DNA from: an uncultured Nitrososphaerales archaeon
GTDB taxonomy: Archaea > Thermoproteota > Nitrososphaeria > Nitrososphaerales > Nitrososphaeraceae
DNA: 64,000 nucleotides
Assembly: GCA_963713605.1 (NCBI GenBank)
Contig: CAVQMO010000001.1
Coordinates: forward strand, 640,001-704,000
Direction of reading: 5' to 3'
Shown: piece by piece, positions 11,444-22,837 of the stretch
How positions within the stretch are numbered: the stretch's first letter is position 1
Layout: each line of letters begins with the position of its first letter
Notes under the pieces: generated by a model
Database searches by the model: none
What the model was told of the DNA's origin: nothing
Seen by the model: only the letters and a program-made list of their open reading frames with translations
Translations under genes and position numbers: made by a program

Positions 11444-11893
11444 ATGCAAAAGGGTATCATTGCTATTACTCTAATAGCTGCTTTGGGCTTAGCACTAGCA
11501 CCGTCAGCATTAGCAAATGTTCAAGCGCAGGCGGAAAAAACCAAATGTCAGACCGGCGCTCTCATCGGATATGGAGGCACGGTATTTGGAGTTGCAAATG
11601 TTTGTACAAATGGTTATACAGTAAATGTTGATCTTGCAACAAATTATCAGCCAAAGGAAGGATGGGTGTTCAATGCTTGGCTCGTTGACGATAGTTATGA
11701 AGGTTCAGGCTATCCACTTGTAATGGGAAAAGTTTTGGATACAGGAACGTTGTCTTTTAATGAGATACAAACCAATGCACGAACATGGACAGATATTGTT
11801 GTGACCCAACAACCAGCTGATTCACTCAGTCCGTTACCCTCATGGTCAAATTCTGTTGCACAAACCTGGTTAGTACCACCGTTTGGACAATAG
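11444..11893 (+). CDS. Secreted protein, RskA C-terminal-like beta domain
   Basis: Signal peptide; VFNAWLVD....GYPLVMG...IVVTQQP pattern resembles the anti-sigma-K C-terminal domain; tatatata box about 25 nt upstream. Confidence 0.7.
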   Translation: MQKGIIAITLIAALGLALAPSALANVQAQAEKTKCQTGALIGYGGTVFGVANVCTNGYTVNVDLATNYQPKEGWVFNAWLVDDSYEGSGYPLVMGKVLDTGTLSFNEIQTNARTWTDIVVTQQPADSLSPLPSWSNSVAQTWLVPPFGQ

Positions 11894-12119
11894 TCTGGAC
11901 TGACGTTAAAGATCGTCTAACATACGGATGGAAAAATACTCCATCCAAGATTTTTTGAACTTCATCCTTATCAAACACTATTTTTAAGTGCCTATTGCCC
12001 AAACTGGAAAATGAGATTGCAATATTTTTCATGGTCTATTGTACTATTACAGAGGAGGAATAACAGAATGCTAATTTCTTCCATTACAGGACTTGAGACT
12101 AAAGTTCACTTCTAGCATA

Positions 12120-12450
12120 CTAGTTATCAGCGGGAGTGATATTCACTAAATTCTCGAGATCCAATACGGCTATCACGCCATCACCAGCTTCTCCAGTCCT
12201 GGCATTTTCCTTAATTGTCTTGATAACAAGTTCCAATTTATCGTCTGGTATGAATAATTCAAACTTGGCTAGAGGTATAAGATCATATGATACGGGTAGG
12301 CCTCTGTACCTCAAGTGGAATTTACTCTCCTTGCTCCATGCATCCGCATGAAGAATAATACCACCTACATTTAATTCCTTAAGCCGTTCCCTTACTTTGT
12401 GTAGCCGTTCAACACGTACGATTGCTTCGACCTTTTTCACTTCTTTTCAT
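12120..12450 (-). CDS. glnK: P-II family nitrogen regulator (divergent)
   Basis: KKVEAIVR, YRG, ARTGEAGDG motifs; directly downstream of amt. GTG start at 12440, or the ATG at 12450 overlapping the amt stop if there is one extra A. Confidence 0.85.
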
Positions 12451-13689
12451 ACTCCCCAATCATCGCCATACGCCGTTTCTCCCTGTTCCGTGATGTCAAG
12501 ACCAACTTCTTCTTCTACCTCTTTTACCCTTAGTCCCATAATCGCATTAATTACCTTCATAATGATTAGGGTCCCTCCAAATCCAAGCACTGCTGCTACG
12601 GCGACACCCAAGGCCTGGATCCCTAGTTGAACTGCGTTTCCATAAAGAAGACCGTTTGGACCGGAGGGATTAATTACATTACTTGCAACCAGACCTATGG
12701 CTAAAGATCCTATGATCCCCGTAATCCCATGAACGGAGCCTACATCCAGTGCATCATCCAACTTAAGGCGCTGCTTGAGAAGCAAGACCATATAGTAAGA
12801 CGCCAAACCCAGCACGATGCCAAGGAAGAATGCAGCCTGTGCGCTGATAAATCCTGAAGCTGGAGTAACTCCAGCCAATCCTGCTATAGCGCCGGTAATA
12901 GCCGCTGTGATATTTGGTTTCTCGGTTTTGCTTCTCCACGATAGTACAGATCCAGACCATAGCAGACGTGGCAGATGCAACCTGTGATACCAATAAAGTG
13001 TTGCCAGCCAGTGACCCTGCAGAGAGGGCACTGCCTGCATTAAACCCAAACCATCCGAACCATAACATGGCCGCGCCTATTACTGCCAGTGGAATATTGT
13101 GGGATACCATTATTGACCGTCCGAAATTTTTCCTTCTCCCTAACACGAGTGCGGCCGCGATGGCACCCATACCTGCACTTGTATGAATGACAATCCCCCC
13201 CGCAAAATCTACAACGCCGAGATCAGCAAGCCATCCTTTCCCCCAAACCCAATGAGCTAATGGGTAGTAGATGAAAATACTCCATGCTATAATAAATACA
13301 AAAAAGGCATTCCATGTCAACCTCTCAGCAAATGCACCGGTGATAAGCAGGGGAGTTATTACTGCAAACATCATCTGGTATGCCGCAAAGGAGACCCCAG
13401 GAATGCTCGGGGCATAATCAAGTGGCTCGTCAAAGGGTACGCCATTGAAGAATATCCATTCAAATCCACCAATAAATCCGCCATGGGAAGGAGCATAAAC
13501 TAAAGTAAATCCAATGACGAACCAGAGCACTGTAAGAATGGCCAGACCAGAAAAAGTCTGCATAAGAATTGAAAGCGAATTCTTGCTTCTAATCAATCCA
13601 GCCTCGAAAAAGCCTAGCGCGGGTATCATTAGCATAACTAGGGCAGTAGAAATAAGGACCCAAGAAGTGTCACCGGCGTCTATGGCCAA
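12447..13689 (-). CDS. amt: Ammonium transporter Amt, apparent frameshift near 12930
   Basis: GDTSWVLISTALV, QMMFAVITP, DFAGGIVIHTSAG, WFGWFGFNAGS, AGLAGVTPASG, DDALDVGSVHG; both pore His residues present; split across ORFs 12763-13689 and 12447-13049. Confidence 0.95.
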
Positions 13690-13897
13690 TATTTACCAAA
13701 TTGCTTTATCTATTATCTTGGGTTTGGAATAATAGATGGTGGTACATAGTAGGAGGAATCAATGTACGTCTTCGGCTTGAACTTTAATCAGGCGTTTAGT
13801 TCTACTTGAATTAGCATGTGTCTGATGTTAAGACTACTATCATGTTCACATTCCTTCTGCTTGCACGATTCTAATTCTATACTATCGCGTCTCTCAT

Positions 13898-14110
13898 TTA
13901 TGCCGTTATTGCAACAGGGCTAGACATAATCGCCTCCCCTTTTCTAATATCAGATATCGTCGTACTAATAAATTCCCAGAACTTCTTTTCGAATGAATGT
14001 GTTCTATAGGCTTCAATTCGCAGCAACTGGAACGGCGGCTATTCCGGCCGTGGCGGCAGCCGCTATGGCGGTTGGGACTACTATGTCTTTACCCCATGCA
14101 CCTGTTCGTA
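13898..14110 (-). pseudogene. 3' remnant paralogous to the gene at 60402-60867
   Basis: RTGAWGKDIVVPTAI..ATAGIAAVPVA..YRTHSFEKKFWEFI....SSPVAITA* matches the C-terminal half of 60402-60867. Confidence 0.8.
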
Positions 14111-14538
14111 TAGTTGTGAAGATCTGCACATTAAGTGAGGGTGACGTGTTCTTGTCTCATTAGATTCAATAAGGTTCAATCCCTTTTATACTTTTTAGAC
14201 TCGAAATATTTGACTTAATACTACTATCGACCCAGCACATTTTTAGAAATTTTAAAGCGCACCAAATATGTCACTGCACAATCAAAATGAGGACACAGCC
14301 TTCGCGGTTTGCTATCAGTGTTCATCAAAGTAAATTTATTGGGTCTCCATTCTCTCAAATTACACAGATGTCGTCGGTCTAAATTCTGTATTCTGTTGTT
14401 TCTTTGTAGGTATATGCACCTTGCCTTTGACCTTATGAAAGAACCATTCGCCTCTAGCCAAGGACATTGGCATACCTAATATCAAAAACTTATTATCCAG
14501 TACCAGGTACTCAAGATACATTATGTATGCATTAAAGA

Positions 14539-14925
14539 TTGCGAGTAGTAGTAGTAGCAGTAGTAGCAAGCATCTTCTTTAGTAGCTTGGCAGTAAGTAA
14601 CCTTTCCCTATTGGCTCAGGAAGCAACTCCCTCATTGGTAAAAGATGTATCAATACCGGCGAATGCAGCTACAATGGGAGACAAGGCATATTCACCTAAT
14701 CCAGTAGAAGTAAAGGTAGGAGGTGGAGTAACATGGTCCAACGATGACAGTCAAATTCATACGGCAACCTCTGGCAGTGCTGGTAGCGCAGATTCAGGAA
14801 GCGTATTTGACTCTAGTATTTTGTCCCCTGGTGCAACCTTCGATTTCGTCTTCGACACCGCAGGCACGTATGATTATTACTGTACTATGCATCCCCAAAT
14901 GGTCGGAACCGTCAATGTCTCTTAA
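14539..14925 (+). CDS. Plastocyanin/azurin-like cupredoxin (blue copper protein), secreted
   Basis: Signal peptide, WSNDDSQIHTATSG and YYCTMHPQMVG type-1 Cu ligands. Confidence 0.92.
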   Translation: MRVVVVAVVASIFFSSLAVSNLSLLAQEATPSLVKDVSIPANAATMGDKAYSPNPVEVKVGGGVTWSNDDSQIHTATSGSAGSADSGSVFDSSILSPGATFDFVFDTAGTYDYYCTMHPQMVGTVNVS

Positions 14926-15337
14926 TAATTCACTTCTCAAATTAGATCGAGTATGAGGGGGAAAGGAACAACAAACGTTAGCCATTGAATAAGTATTCCC
15001 TCGCGCATGATGACGAGCATAGGCAGAGGATATTTCGAACTTTTCTCACATTGATCTAGAACACTACTCTTTGAAGGCAGAATACAACAATTTGGAACAG
15101 AAGACGTAAGATGGCATGTTGCATTCTCTGACTCCTACACGTGTGCATATGATCTTGAGTAAGGAACATTATGCAGATAAGTAGTAGCAACTTTTCCTCA
15201 TAAAGATGGCATGAAGGGAAGACAGTAACATAGTGTAGTTGAGTATTATGTCTTTCTGATGATGATGATTTCAAATTTAGATACAATAGACTGTCTCAAA
15301 TGTAAGCTGTCAGATGACTATGATGGATATATTACGC

Positions 15338-15730
15338 TAGGTACAATGCTGCGACTCTTGGCAATATTATATCTGGGGGAGGCTTTCACGTTCTATCCAA
15401 AATAGATCAAGAATTTTTGAGCCGAAATCAGACTAAATATCCTGCAAATTATAAGAGTCATGGAGATGCATTATGTGGACATTGCAAACGGTATCCTCAT
15501 TCAACTTGACCTAATGCCGACAATCGAAGGAAAATTTTGAACCATAATAATGCTTGTAGGTATCGGAATTATGGTGCTTTCATATCAAGCCTTGCTTCAG
15601 GGTTAACACGATTCCAGAACAGTCTGAAATTTCAGAAAAGGACCCAAAAACAATATTAAAGATAAGATTGGTGAAGGGCGAGATTACAAAGGAGACATAA
15701 TTGGATCTGTTAGGACTACTGTCCGAGTGA
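15338..15730 (+). pseudogene. Potassium-channel/ion-transporter family remnant with SHOCT-like tail
   Basis: Fragments GTMLRLLAILYL, GDAL..TLQTVSS, IEGKI..IIMLVGIGI..AFISSLASGLTR, ILKIRLVKGEITKET.LDLLGLLSE*; many disruptions. Confidence 0.6.
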
Positions 15731-15827
15731 TACTAGCTGGATAATACTAAGATACCACGGTACCACTGGATTTGCACAGCTGCGCGAAGCACTGACTTCA
15801 GATCGGAAGTATGAGGTGAGGGACTTC

Positions 15828-16304
15828 TTAACCTGAAGGGTCACCCTCGAGCTCAGCACCAGCGACTATTGCCGATTGATTTCTTGAAGAACCGACAGCA
15901 TCTGGAGATTCTTCCGTCACTTCAATTAGATTATACAAACTCGCGTTTGTTATCTGCTGAGTGGCTGCCAGTTCGTCATCAACAAGCTGCCCAACGGCTA
16001 TGTCATCGCCCGTAGAATTGTCTACTAACCAAGCTACATATACGGTGCCATTAGTTGGTGAGTCACTCATGTCCACCTGCACTCTTAGCCCGTACCGATC
16101 TGGCCCAATACTGAATGTACCCGCATTATTTCCCCCGAAAGGCGCATTATCCTCTGCTTCGGTGAGATCACCACTTTTTTCCTCTTCTTCCTGTGCGGAT
16201 GTGGAAGTAACAGGTAGATTCCCATTCATGGTTGGCATCAATACTGTCAAGGCCAAAGCCGTAATGGTAATTGCCATAATCTTTAATACATTAATCTTCG
16301 CCAA
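15828..16304 (-). CDS. Secreted protein, RskA C-terminal-like beta domain
   Basis: Signal peptide; VYVAWLVD....IAVGQL...LIEVTEE, the same pattern as 11444-11893. Confidence 0.7.
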   Translation of the reverse strand: MAKINVLKIMAITITALALTVLMPTMNGNLPVTSTSAQEEEEKSGDLTEAEDNAPFGGNNAGTFSIGPDRYGLRVQVDMSDSPTNGTVYVAWLVDNSTGDDIAVGQLVDDELAATQQITNASLYNLIEVTEESPDAVGSSRNQSAIVAGAELEGDPSG

Positions 16305-16982
16305 AAGCCTTCTATTACTCTTAAATACCCGGGTAGAATATTAATTTTGCTACCCTAGAGTAATCTTTTAGGCAAGAGGTTGAATGAATTCTATAGCTGT
16401 TATGTCCTAAAGTGAAGTCTGTTTCGGCTCGGTAACAATGAGATGAAGATAACCATGACAGGGTGATACTTAAATGTGCTCTCGATAATACGGGTATTCC
16501 TGCTAGGCAATTACAAAGCACATCAAGAAAATCCAAAGCCAACGGGTATCGCAAGTCTCTAATCAGTTCGAGGAAGGTTAAACAACGAATACCATAGAAA
16601 TTGTGGGCAATACCTAAGGATTGCTAACTTTAAGAGCGACTATGAGATCTGCTTGAAATAGCGAAATAACATTCATTCATCAATGGATCTGAAGTTTATC
16701 TCCTTTAGGTAAGCGCTCACTCATTTTGGCCAGTCCCGTATCATGCCTTTCCTCTCTACCTCAATTTTGGTTCGGGGGAATGGGACCGAAGCCCGCTGCA
16801 CCATTTTTATCCTAGTGCCGAGCAAATTACTATCCTGTCTGCGTTTGCTTTTAATATGCGGGACATTAATAGCCACATTAACTTGCTTTGAAGATATTTG
16901 AATCTCTGGGATTACTAAAACTTGTTCCAACTGTTATATTGTCAAATATAAAGACGATAGTCACTGGAACGTGTAATTCACT

Positions 16983-18269
16983 ATGACAATTGAACCAGAC
17001 GTACCTTTGAAGATTGGCTATTACAAGCTGATGATCTATGCGGCACTGTTCGCCGCTTTATCCTCCCTGCTTACTGTGGGTTATATCACACTTTATAATC
17101 AAGGCATCAAGTTCTTTGAGCAAGTAAACCTAACTGTACTTAATATCAACATATGGCCACTAGTCTTGCTCACGGTTGCGGGGGTATTTGTCGGCCTTGT
17201 TATCAAGAGATTTGGTCAGAATGGAGGACTGGGAGTTGTCCAGAGTCAATATGCTCAGACTGGCCGAATCAATCCTCGCAAAGTGCCAAGCATTTTGCTT
17301 CAAGCATTCATATCGTTGTGGAGTGGAGCTCCAGTTGGTCCTGAAGGTCCTCTTACTTTTCTGACTGGAGGTTTCGGAACCTATCTTTCAGAACGACTCA
17401 AACTCAAGAAAGATGATGTTCAAGTACTTGTTTACAGTTCAATAGCGGGAGCATTCGGCGGCTTCTTTGGTTCACCCGTGATTGGAGCTGTTGGAGCCAT
17501 CGAGTACATGTTCATTAGAGAGCTGGATTTAGGTCGTCATTTGATTCCAGGCCTACTTGCTGGCGCTGTTGGATTTGGCGTCTACTCCGCAATACTACAG
17601 CAGTCATTTCTAGGAATTTACAGTTTCCCCGAATATGCGTCACCGCGCCTTGTTGATTTGTGGTGGGCTTTACTTGTAGGCATCATAGCTGGGTTTGGCG
17701 GAATTATGTTCAAGTTAATCTTCGGTATTGTTCACCGTGTATTTGCCCGGTTTGCCAAAAGACCGGTTGGCTTGGCAATCCTCGGTGGCATGGTCATAGG
17801 CCTCATCGGGACGTTTCTTCCATTGACTCTGTACTCTGGTCAGACTCAGTTGCTGCAAATTATCCATAACCCTGCCTCCTTTGGCATAGGACTTTTGCTT
17901 GTTATGGTTGTTGTTAAAGCACTCCTGACAAGCACATCATTTGCCACAGGATTGGAGGGTGGGCCTGTATTCCCGTTACTTTTCATGGGTGGTACGTTAG
18001 GGCTTGCGATTTCCAAGGGCTTCACATTCATTCCTGAAGGAGTGGCAGTGACCGTGGGGATGGCAGCCCTTGCGTGCGCTGTCTTCCCAATGCCTTTGAC
18101 GATATCTCTCTTACTCGGGCTTATGGGAGGACAAACAGATCTATTGCCGGTAATTGTTATTGGGGCAGTCATCGGTTTCATAGTATCGAAAGCGATCACG
18201 CCCCTACTTCCGAAACCTCATTCACAGTCGTCTGGTAATGAAGGAGGCAAGCAGCAAGTGTCAAAATAA
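16983..18269 (+). CDS. ClC-family (YfeO-like) chloride channel/transporter, no CBS domains
   Basis: Multi-TM protein with GAPVGPEGP (GxEGP), AGAFGGFFGSP and GLEGGPVFP ClC signatures. Confidence 0.88.
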   Translation: MTIEPDVPLKIGYYKLMIYAALFAALSSLLTVGYITLYNQGIKFFEQVNLTVLNINIWPLVLLTVAGVFVGLVIKRFGQNGGLGVVQSQYAQTGRINPRKVPSILLQAFISLWSGAPVGPEGPLTFLTGGFGTYLSERLKLKKDDVQVLVYSSIAGAFGGFFGSPVIGAVGAIEYMFIRELDLGRHLIPGLLAGAVGFGVYSAILQQSFLGIYSFPEYASPRLVDLWWALLVGIIAGFGGIMFKLIFGIVHRVFARFAKRPVGLAILGGMVIGLIGTFLPLTLYSGQTQLLQIIHNPASFGIGLLLVMVVVKALLTSTSFATGLEGGPVFPLLFMGGTLGLAISKGFTFIPEGVAVTVGMAALACAVFPMPLTISLLLGLMGGQTDLLPVIVIGAVIGFIVSKAITPLLPKPHSQSSGNEGGKQQVSK

Positions 18270-18283
18270 TTTTGTATTTGCAG

Positions 18284-18405
18284 GCATCGAAATAGAGTAG
18301 TTATCCTTGCTCCCTTTTGCACTTTGTTCAATCCTGACGCTGTAGGGAAACGTTATCGACTTAATTGTAGTAATAAGATTTACATTGTTCCCATCATCGC
18401 TGCTA
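18284..18405. repeat. Dispersed ~120-bp repeat, copy 1 (copy 2 at 44359-44467)
   Basis: gcatcgaa.tagagtagttatccttgctcccttttgcact...cgttatcgacttaattgtagtaataagatttacatt is shared. Confidence 0.85.
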
Positions 18406-18560
18406 TCATTATCTTCACTCGACTATGATTCATCGCGACTTAACTTATCTAGCATACTGTATCCTTCCAACAGATACTTATTTTTATCGAAAATTATCAT
18501 ATTAGTATGTGAATAACGATCTATGAGTTTCACGGTGAAGCACTGTATCAATTTGTTTAC

Positions 18561-18907
18561 ATGGGTGTTTACACATTAAGTGGCAAACCACGCTGGGCTT
18601 GTGCCCTATGTGGCATGTACTCGTCGCGCAAGTGCAGTGGAAGCGGCATATTAATAACTTACATGAGGGTTTAGGAAATATTGTTTCGTTCATTGATTAT
18701 GCTGCTAATCCTAATTACTTGCTTAAGCAGACCCCGACGGCAGCTCCTAGGACTAGGCCATTAGATGTTATGAAAGATGACACGTCTTCTTTGTTCCAAA
18801 AGGCGCCAGATGGTCAGTTCTCGCGAGCACTGCTGAGAATATTGAAGAGACTTACGACGAAAGATCTTGGTAATGAATTGAATAGTGGTGAATGTCCTCC
18901 TAGTTAG
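18561..18907 (+). pseudogene. C2H2-type zinc-finger protein, frameshifted near 18638
   Basis: WACALCGMYSSRK.S / KRHINNLHEGLGNIVSFIDY gives CxxC-x12-Hx4H across the shift. Confidence 0.65.
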
Positions 18908-18995
18908 TATAGAGACGATCCCCCATCTAATTTCTTTATTTAGAAATATCAGTACTTAATAAAAGTAGTATCTGTCTCTATGGCAGGCCGATTGT

Positions 18996-19140
18996 TCACA
19001 AGTCATCATGTGAATTTGTTTCTTTAACGAGCGATTCCTCTCCATTCTCTATGGCAGTCCGTAATGATATGATTAATTTGTTATGGCATGGATGGATAAC
19101 GACCACTCCATTTCGATACTCTAAAAGTTCCTTCTGCTGC
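18996..19140 (-). mobile_element. Terminase-large-subunit-like remnant A (C-terminal)
   Basis: KELLEYRNGVVVIHPCHNKLIISLRTAIENGEESLVKETNSHDDL aligns with NPTLHNLIVSLRTAV..LDKQQTSHHD at 36231-36467. Confidence 0.7.
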
Positions 19141-19668
19141 TTCAGAAGATAGTGATATCCTGTTATGATCTATGACGCCATTCGCCCGTGCGTGCTCCAA
19201 AGCTAAAAATTCCGTGGTCACTGTCAGTTGTCCATGTTACAGTTGCATTTCCCTCTGCAAAAATCCCGGTGTAAGTACAATCTTTAATGGGAGCGAAGTC
19301 TAGGTTGAGAGTTGCACTTAACATAACGCTTATTCCGATTAGTCCCTGAGGACATGACGTACGGCTGGGGGCACTTACGGCAAGTCGGCTTCGCATACAT
19401 ACGGCAATGATAATATTAGTATGGACATCACTGAAATTTAACGAGGAATCTAGGCAGATCAACGACATAACGCTATGCAAATCCTATTATAATACGCTAG
19501 CTGCTAATTACGAGAATCCTGGAGGATTGAGAGCTCATAGTGAATGATGTGATGTTCGTTGCACCCTTTTCTAAAAGCACGTAGACTCAAATGGATAGCG
19601 ACGTTCAAGGTAAATAGAAATTTCTTAACAATAAACCTTATTAAAATCTATGATAATCAACTTTTGGA

Positions 19669-20091
19669 TTGAATGTGTTCACAAACCTAAACATGTATTC
19701 TCTGGGTTTTAGTGCTTTGATAGTGCTTGCAGCCTTATTGATCACGCCAAATTACATGCTATCAGTTCATGCTCAGCTGGTCTATATGGATGAGGTTGTA
19801 GAAGTCAAGATTTCAAAGGGATCTTCAGCTATTAATAATACTCAATTCTATGCACCTCCTGAAGTTCAAGTAGCTGCTGGTAGCAGTATCAAATGGACCA
19901 ATGATGACAATGTCATTCATACGGTAACCCAAGGCAAGCCGTCAGAAGGTGCAAATTCTACAGGGTTTAATTCAGGTCCAATCCAGCCCGGGGGCACATA
20001 TGTGCACTTTTTTGATGAAAGCGGTGCAGTCGATTACTACTGCACTATCCATCCGCACATGATAGGAAAGGTTATTGTAAATCCGTACTGA
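19669..20091 (+). CDS. Plastocyanin/azurin-like cupredoxin, secreted
   Basis: WTNDDNVIHTVTQG and YYCTIHPHMIG type-1 Cu ligands, N-terminal signal/TM segment. Confidence 0.92.
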   Translation: MNVFTNLNMYSLGFSALIVLAALLITPNYMLSVHAQLVYMDEVVEVKISKGSSAINNTQFYAPPEVQVAAGSSIKWTNDDNVIHTVTQGKPSEGANSTGFNSGPIQPGGTYVHFFDESGAVDYYCTIHPHMIGKVIVNPY

Positions 20092-20409
20092 GTGGACACG
20101 ATAAAAAGTTCAAGGGGGGGAGAGAAATGAGTAAATTGTGAACTGCGGATTATATCTACTGGCTGGCACAGGCGAAATCATGTTAGACGCCGCTTCCAAT
20201 ACTTTGACTCAACTTTAGCAAATGCATGACCCCCTAACGAATATTCACAAATCAGTTGCAGACCTATGTTTGAAGGCCGCTGGTATGCAAATGGGAACTA
20301 CAAATCATCCAGCACATTGCGATTCGTCCATGATTTGGAACTAGGTTCACAATCCGCAACAATTTCTAGTTGTTGTATAAGAATATCTGGCACCTTCTCT
20401 GCATCCTGG

Positions 20410-20754
20410 ACAGATCCCTGATGTGGAAAGAGATGGGCCAGATGAAAAAGGCGAGGCTAACTGCTGGGGCAAGGTAACAAGTGACGCCGCAAATGATAAC
20501 GATGGTGATGGACTAGCACCTGGTGAGTTCGGTCAACACGCAGCAAATCCAACAGGTGATGATGACAACGACACGCCAAGGGAAGGAGTAGGAAACTAAT
20601 ATGAGGATCATCCAAGTGACCATGCTGACACCGTAGGTCCAAGGTTCGGCTCCGATGAAGAATGTACAAATGACTGGCACAACTTGGATCGATGGGAGAC
20701 CATTCAAACAATCCAAAAGGTGGCGATAATAATGACAGTACTCGTGGCGGTGTA
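20410..20754 (+). pseudogene. Disrupted small acidic His/Cys-containing protein
   Basis: ANCWGKVTSDAA...GEFGQHAANP...TPREGVGN*YEDHPSDHADTVG...C; in-frame TAA, no clean start. Confidence 0.45.
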
Positions 20755-20859
20755 GGAAATCAGGACGAAGATCTATAGAGGATTATTTTATCGTGATGGC
20801 AGCAGGGCCACTAACTCTCTTTTTTATGCATTTTTAATGGAATATGTCATGCAGGGTTT

Positions 20860-20941
20860 GGTGAAGGAATGCTAGATAAGGAATCATCTTCACATGATGA
20901 CCTCTGATTCATTCAGGATGTCGTTAATGTTTTGGCATTGA
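20860..20941 (+). mobile_element. Terminase-like remnant B (extreme C-terminus)
   Basis: GEGMLDKESSSHDDL.DSFRMSLMFWH*, same tail as remnants A, C, D and F. Confidence 0.75.
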
Positions 20942-20969
20942 AGAAAGGCTAAATATTCTGAGTGGTTGA

Positions 20970-21269
20970 ATGAATTTAGTTATGTCGGCCTCAGGGAGTT
21001 ATGTAGCCCCCGAAGAGAGGGAAAGAAGGCTACGCGAACTTGCTAATAGACTTATTGATGAAGAGCGAGTTGAACACGATACCGTGAGTCAAACAAAACG
21101 CGAGAATGCAAATATCAAGCAGGATTTGACCAGGGAGTTTTTGAAATTCATAAAGATTAGTGAAGAATGTGAAATGGATCGTGCCATATTAGAGGCAGTT
21201 GTTTACAAGAACATTGCTGAAGAAATACATACTGCTCTGAAAAAGTTTGATAATGTGGAAACCTGGTAA
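20970..21269 (+). CDS. Small hypothetical protein downstream of a terminase remnant (similar to 47217-47513)
   Basis: 99-aa ORF; YVAPEERERRLRELANRL and IAEEIHTALKKFD resemble segments of 47217-47513. Confidence 0.65.
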   Translation: MNLVMSASGSYVAPEERERRLRELANRLIDEERVEHDTVSQTKRENANIKQDLTREFLKFIKISEECEMDRAILEAVVYKNIAEEIHTALKKFDNVETW

Positions 21270-21303
21270 GGGATTACAAGAAGTTTTAGAAAAAGGTAAG
21301 AAA

Positions 21304-21522
21304 ATGAAATGGAAGATAAATGAATTGACACAAATGTCAGGGAAGGGAGGCATATGCGGTATAGTAAATTGCTTCAACAAGCCTGCTGAGCCAACCACTC
21401 AATGTAAAAAATGCACCAATTATTACTGTTCAGAACATTTTCCCTCTCACCTTGACATATTACCAGACGGGGACTTTGAGTACGCTAGTTCAAATGAAGG
21501 TCTAGAACGCTCTATGGATTGA
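21304..21522 (+). CDS. Small zinc-binding protein (AN1/B-box-like Cys/His pattern)
   Basis: C-x4-C...CKKC...YC.EH...H; ATG at 21304 preferred over the ORF-track start at 21247. Confidence 0.65.
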   Translation: MKWKINELTQMSGKGGICGIVNCFNKPAEPTTQCKKCTNYYCSEHFPSHLDILPDGDFEYASSNEGLERSMD

Positions 21523-21523
21523 C

Positions 21524-21575
21524 GTTACTAGTTCAAGAGCAACAAAGTCCTAAGCGTGAAATCGCTTGCGATATG
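21524..21575 (+). repeat. Dispersed GTTACTAGTT...palindrome repeat, copy 1
   Basis: gttactagttcaagagcaacaaagtcctaagcgtgaaatcgcttgcgatatg. Confidence 0.75.
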
Positions 21576-21683
21576 ATGCGATTTGTGGGGCTTTTTAAAC
21601 CGCTTATTGATGCTAGAATGATTATAGATAGGATTTGCTATGTGAAGCTAGTACTCTAGATAGTCTTTTTAAGAAATCAGTAC

Positions 21684-22340
21684 ATGTATTACTTTGCATT
21701 GAATATGAAAGAACATTATTTGGTGATGAAACGCTGTGAATTCAAGACTGCAATGGCGCTACTCTTCAGTTCTCTATGCTTGTTCACTTCTGGGCCAGCA
21801 GGCTTTTTGTCAGTTGCAGTAGCACAAGAAGAAGTCGAGTCTATTCCTGGGAGTAATTTGGAAGCTGTCCGCTGTGAGCCAATGACGGGTAATGTTACTC
21901 TTCCTTCTGCAAAAGAGGACGTTCTTCCACCTAACATGTATGTGATCTACGGAGATAGAACATATCAAGGAGAGCTGTCGCAATCCAAATACAGAGAAGG
22001 TGAAACATTTGGCAATCTTGACATTCTTCCAGAAAATGTTAGTTCAGATCTCCCAGCTGAGGCTGTAGAGATAATAAAAGATACGTGCGCACAGTTCGTT
22101 GTAGTGGGAACTCCTAGGACCTTGCCACCTGATAGTCTGGATATATCTGCCTACGCGATTAATGGCACTTCTGTTGCTGTGCTAAATGCTACGGAAGAGG
22201 ATGCAAGTACATTTAGAATTAACTTGCCCATAGGAACATACGTACTTTTGACTTCAGCTACTTGGATTCCCTCCTCTGCAAACGAATATGTCACCGGCTA
22301 TGTGATATACAAATTTCTAGCTAATGTCACTGAGAAGTAA
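21684..22340 (+). CDS. Secreted hypothetical protein
   Basis: 218-aa ORF with signal-peptide-like segment and beta-rich mature region; start uncertain. Confidence 0.7.
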   Translation: MYYFALNMKEHYLVMKRCEFKTAMALLFSSLCLFTSGPAGFLSVAVAQEEVESIPGSNLEAVRCEPMTGNVTLPSAKEDVLPPNMYVIYGDRTYQGELSQSKYREGETFGNLDILPENVSSDLPAEAVEIIKDTCAQFVVVGTPRTLPPDSLDISAYAINGTSVAVLNATEEDASTFRINLPIGTYVLLTSATWIPSSANEYVTGYVIYKFLANVTEK

Positions 22341-22509
22341 GAGTGTTGGAGCTAGTAAGATTCTATACGAATTAGATAGACAGGTTATGCATTTGGCACC
22401 GGTTGAGTTGATAACAAAGCTGTGGAGGCAGGACTAGTCTATCGCACCGATTTATTTTTCGAAACGGCAATTTAAGCTCAAAAACATTCTGGGGTGACAG
22501 ATTCTTTCT

Positions 22510-22576
22510 CTGCCTGCGAATTTCGGTCAGGGTTTGCTTGCATAGGTACGTTGATATAGATAACCCCATTGTTTAC
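22510..22576 (-). pseudogene. Second CHRD-domain C-terminal remnant
   Basis: VNNGVIYINVPMQANPD-EIRRQ, a degenerate YVNVHT..NP.GEIRGQ. Confidence 0.5.
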
Positions 22577-22837
22577 GTCGGATACTAGGTCTGATATCTC
22601 TTTAAATTCCACTTGCAATTAGCCTTGAACGTACATTAGACAATTGAATTAATGATTAGACTAATAAATTTGTGCGTGCCACCCGAAAGGAACGAAAATG
22701 TTTCAATTGATGAAGATTCCAACAAATTATATGATACTGAATGCCAGCAACAGAAGAGCCTTTCAAGAGAATTTTATCTGCTTCATTTATAGAAGAGACT
22801 TTCAACGAATACAGATTCGCGGATTCTGGAAAAGTGA

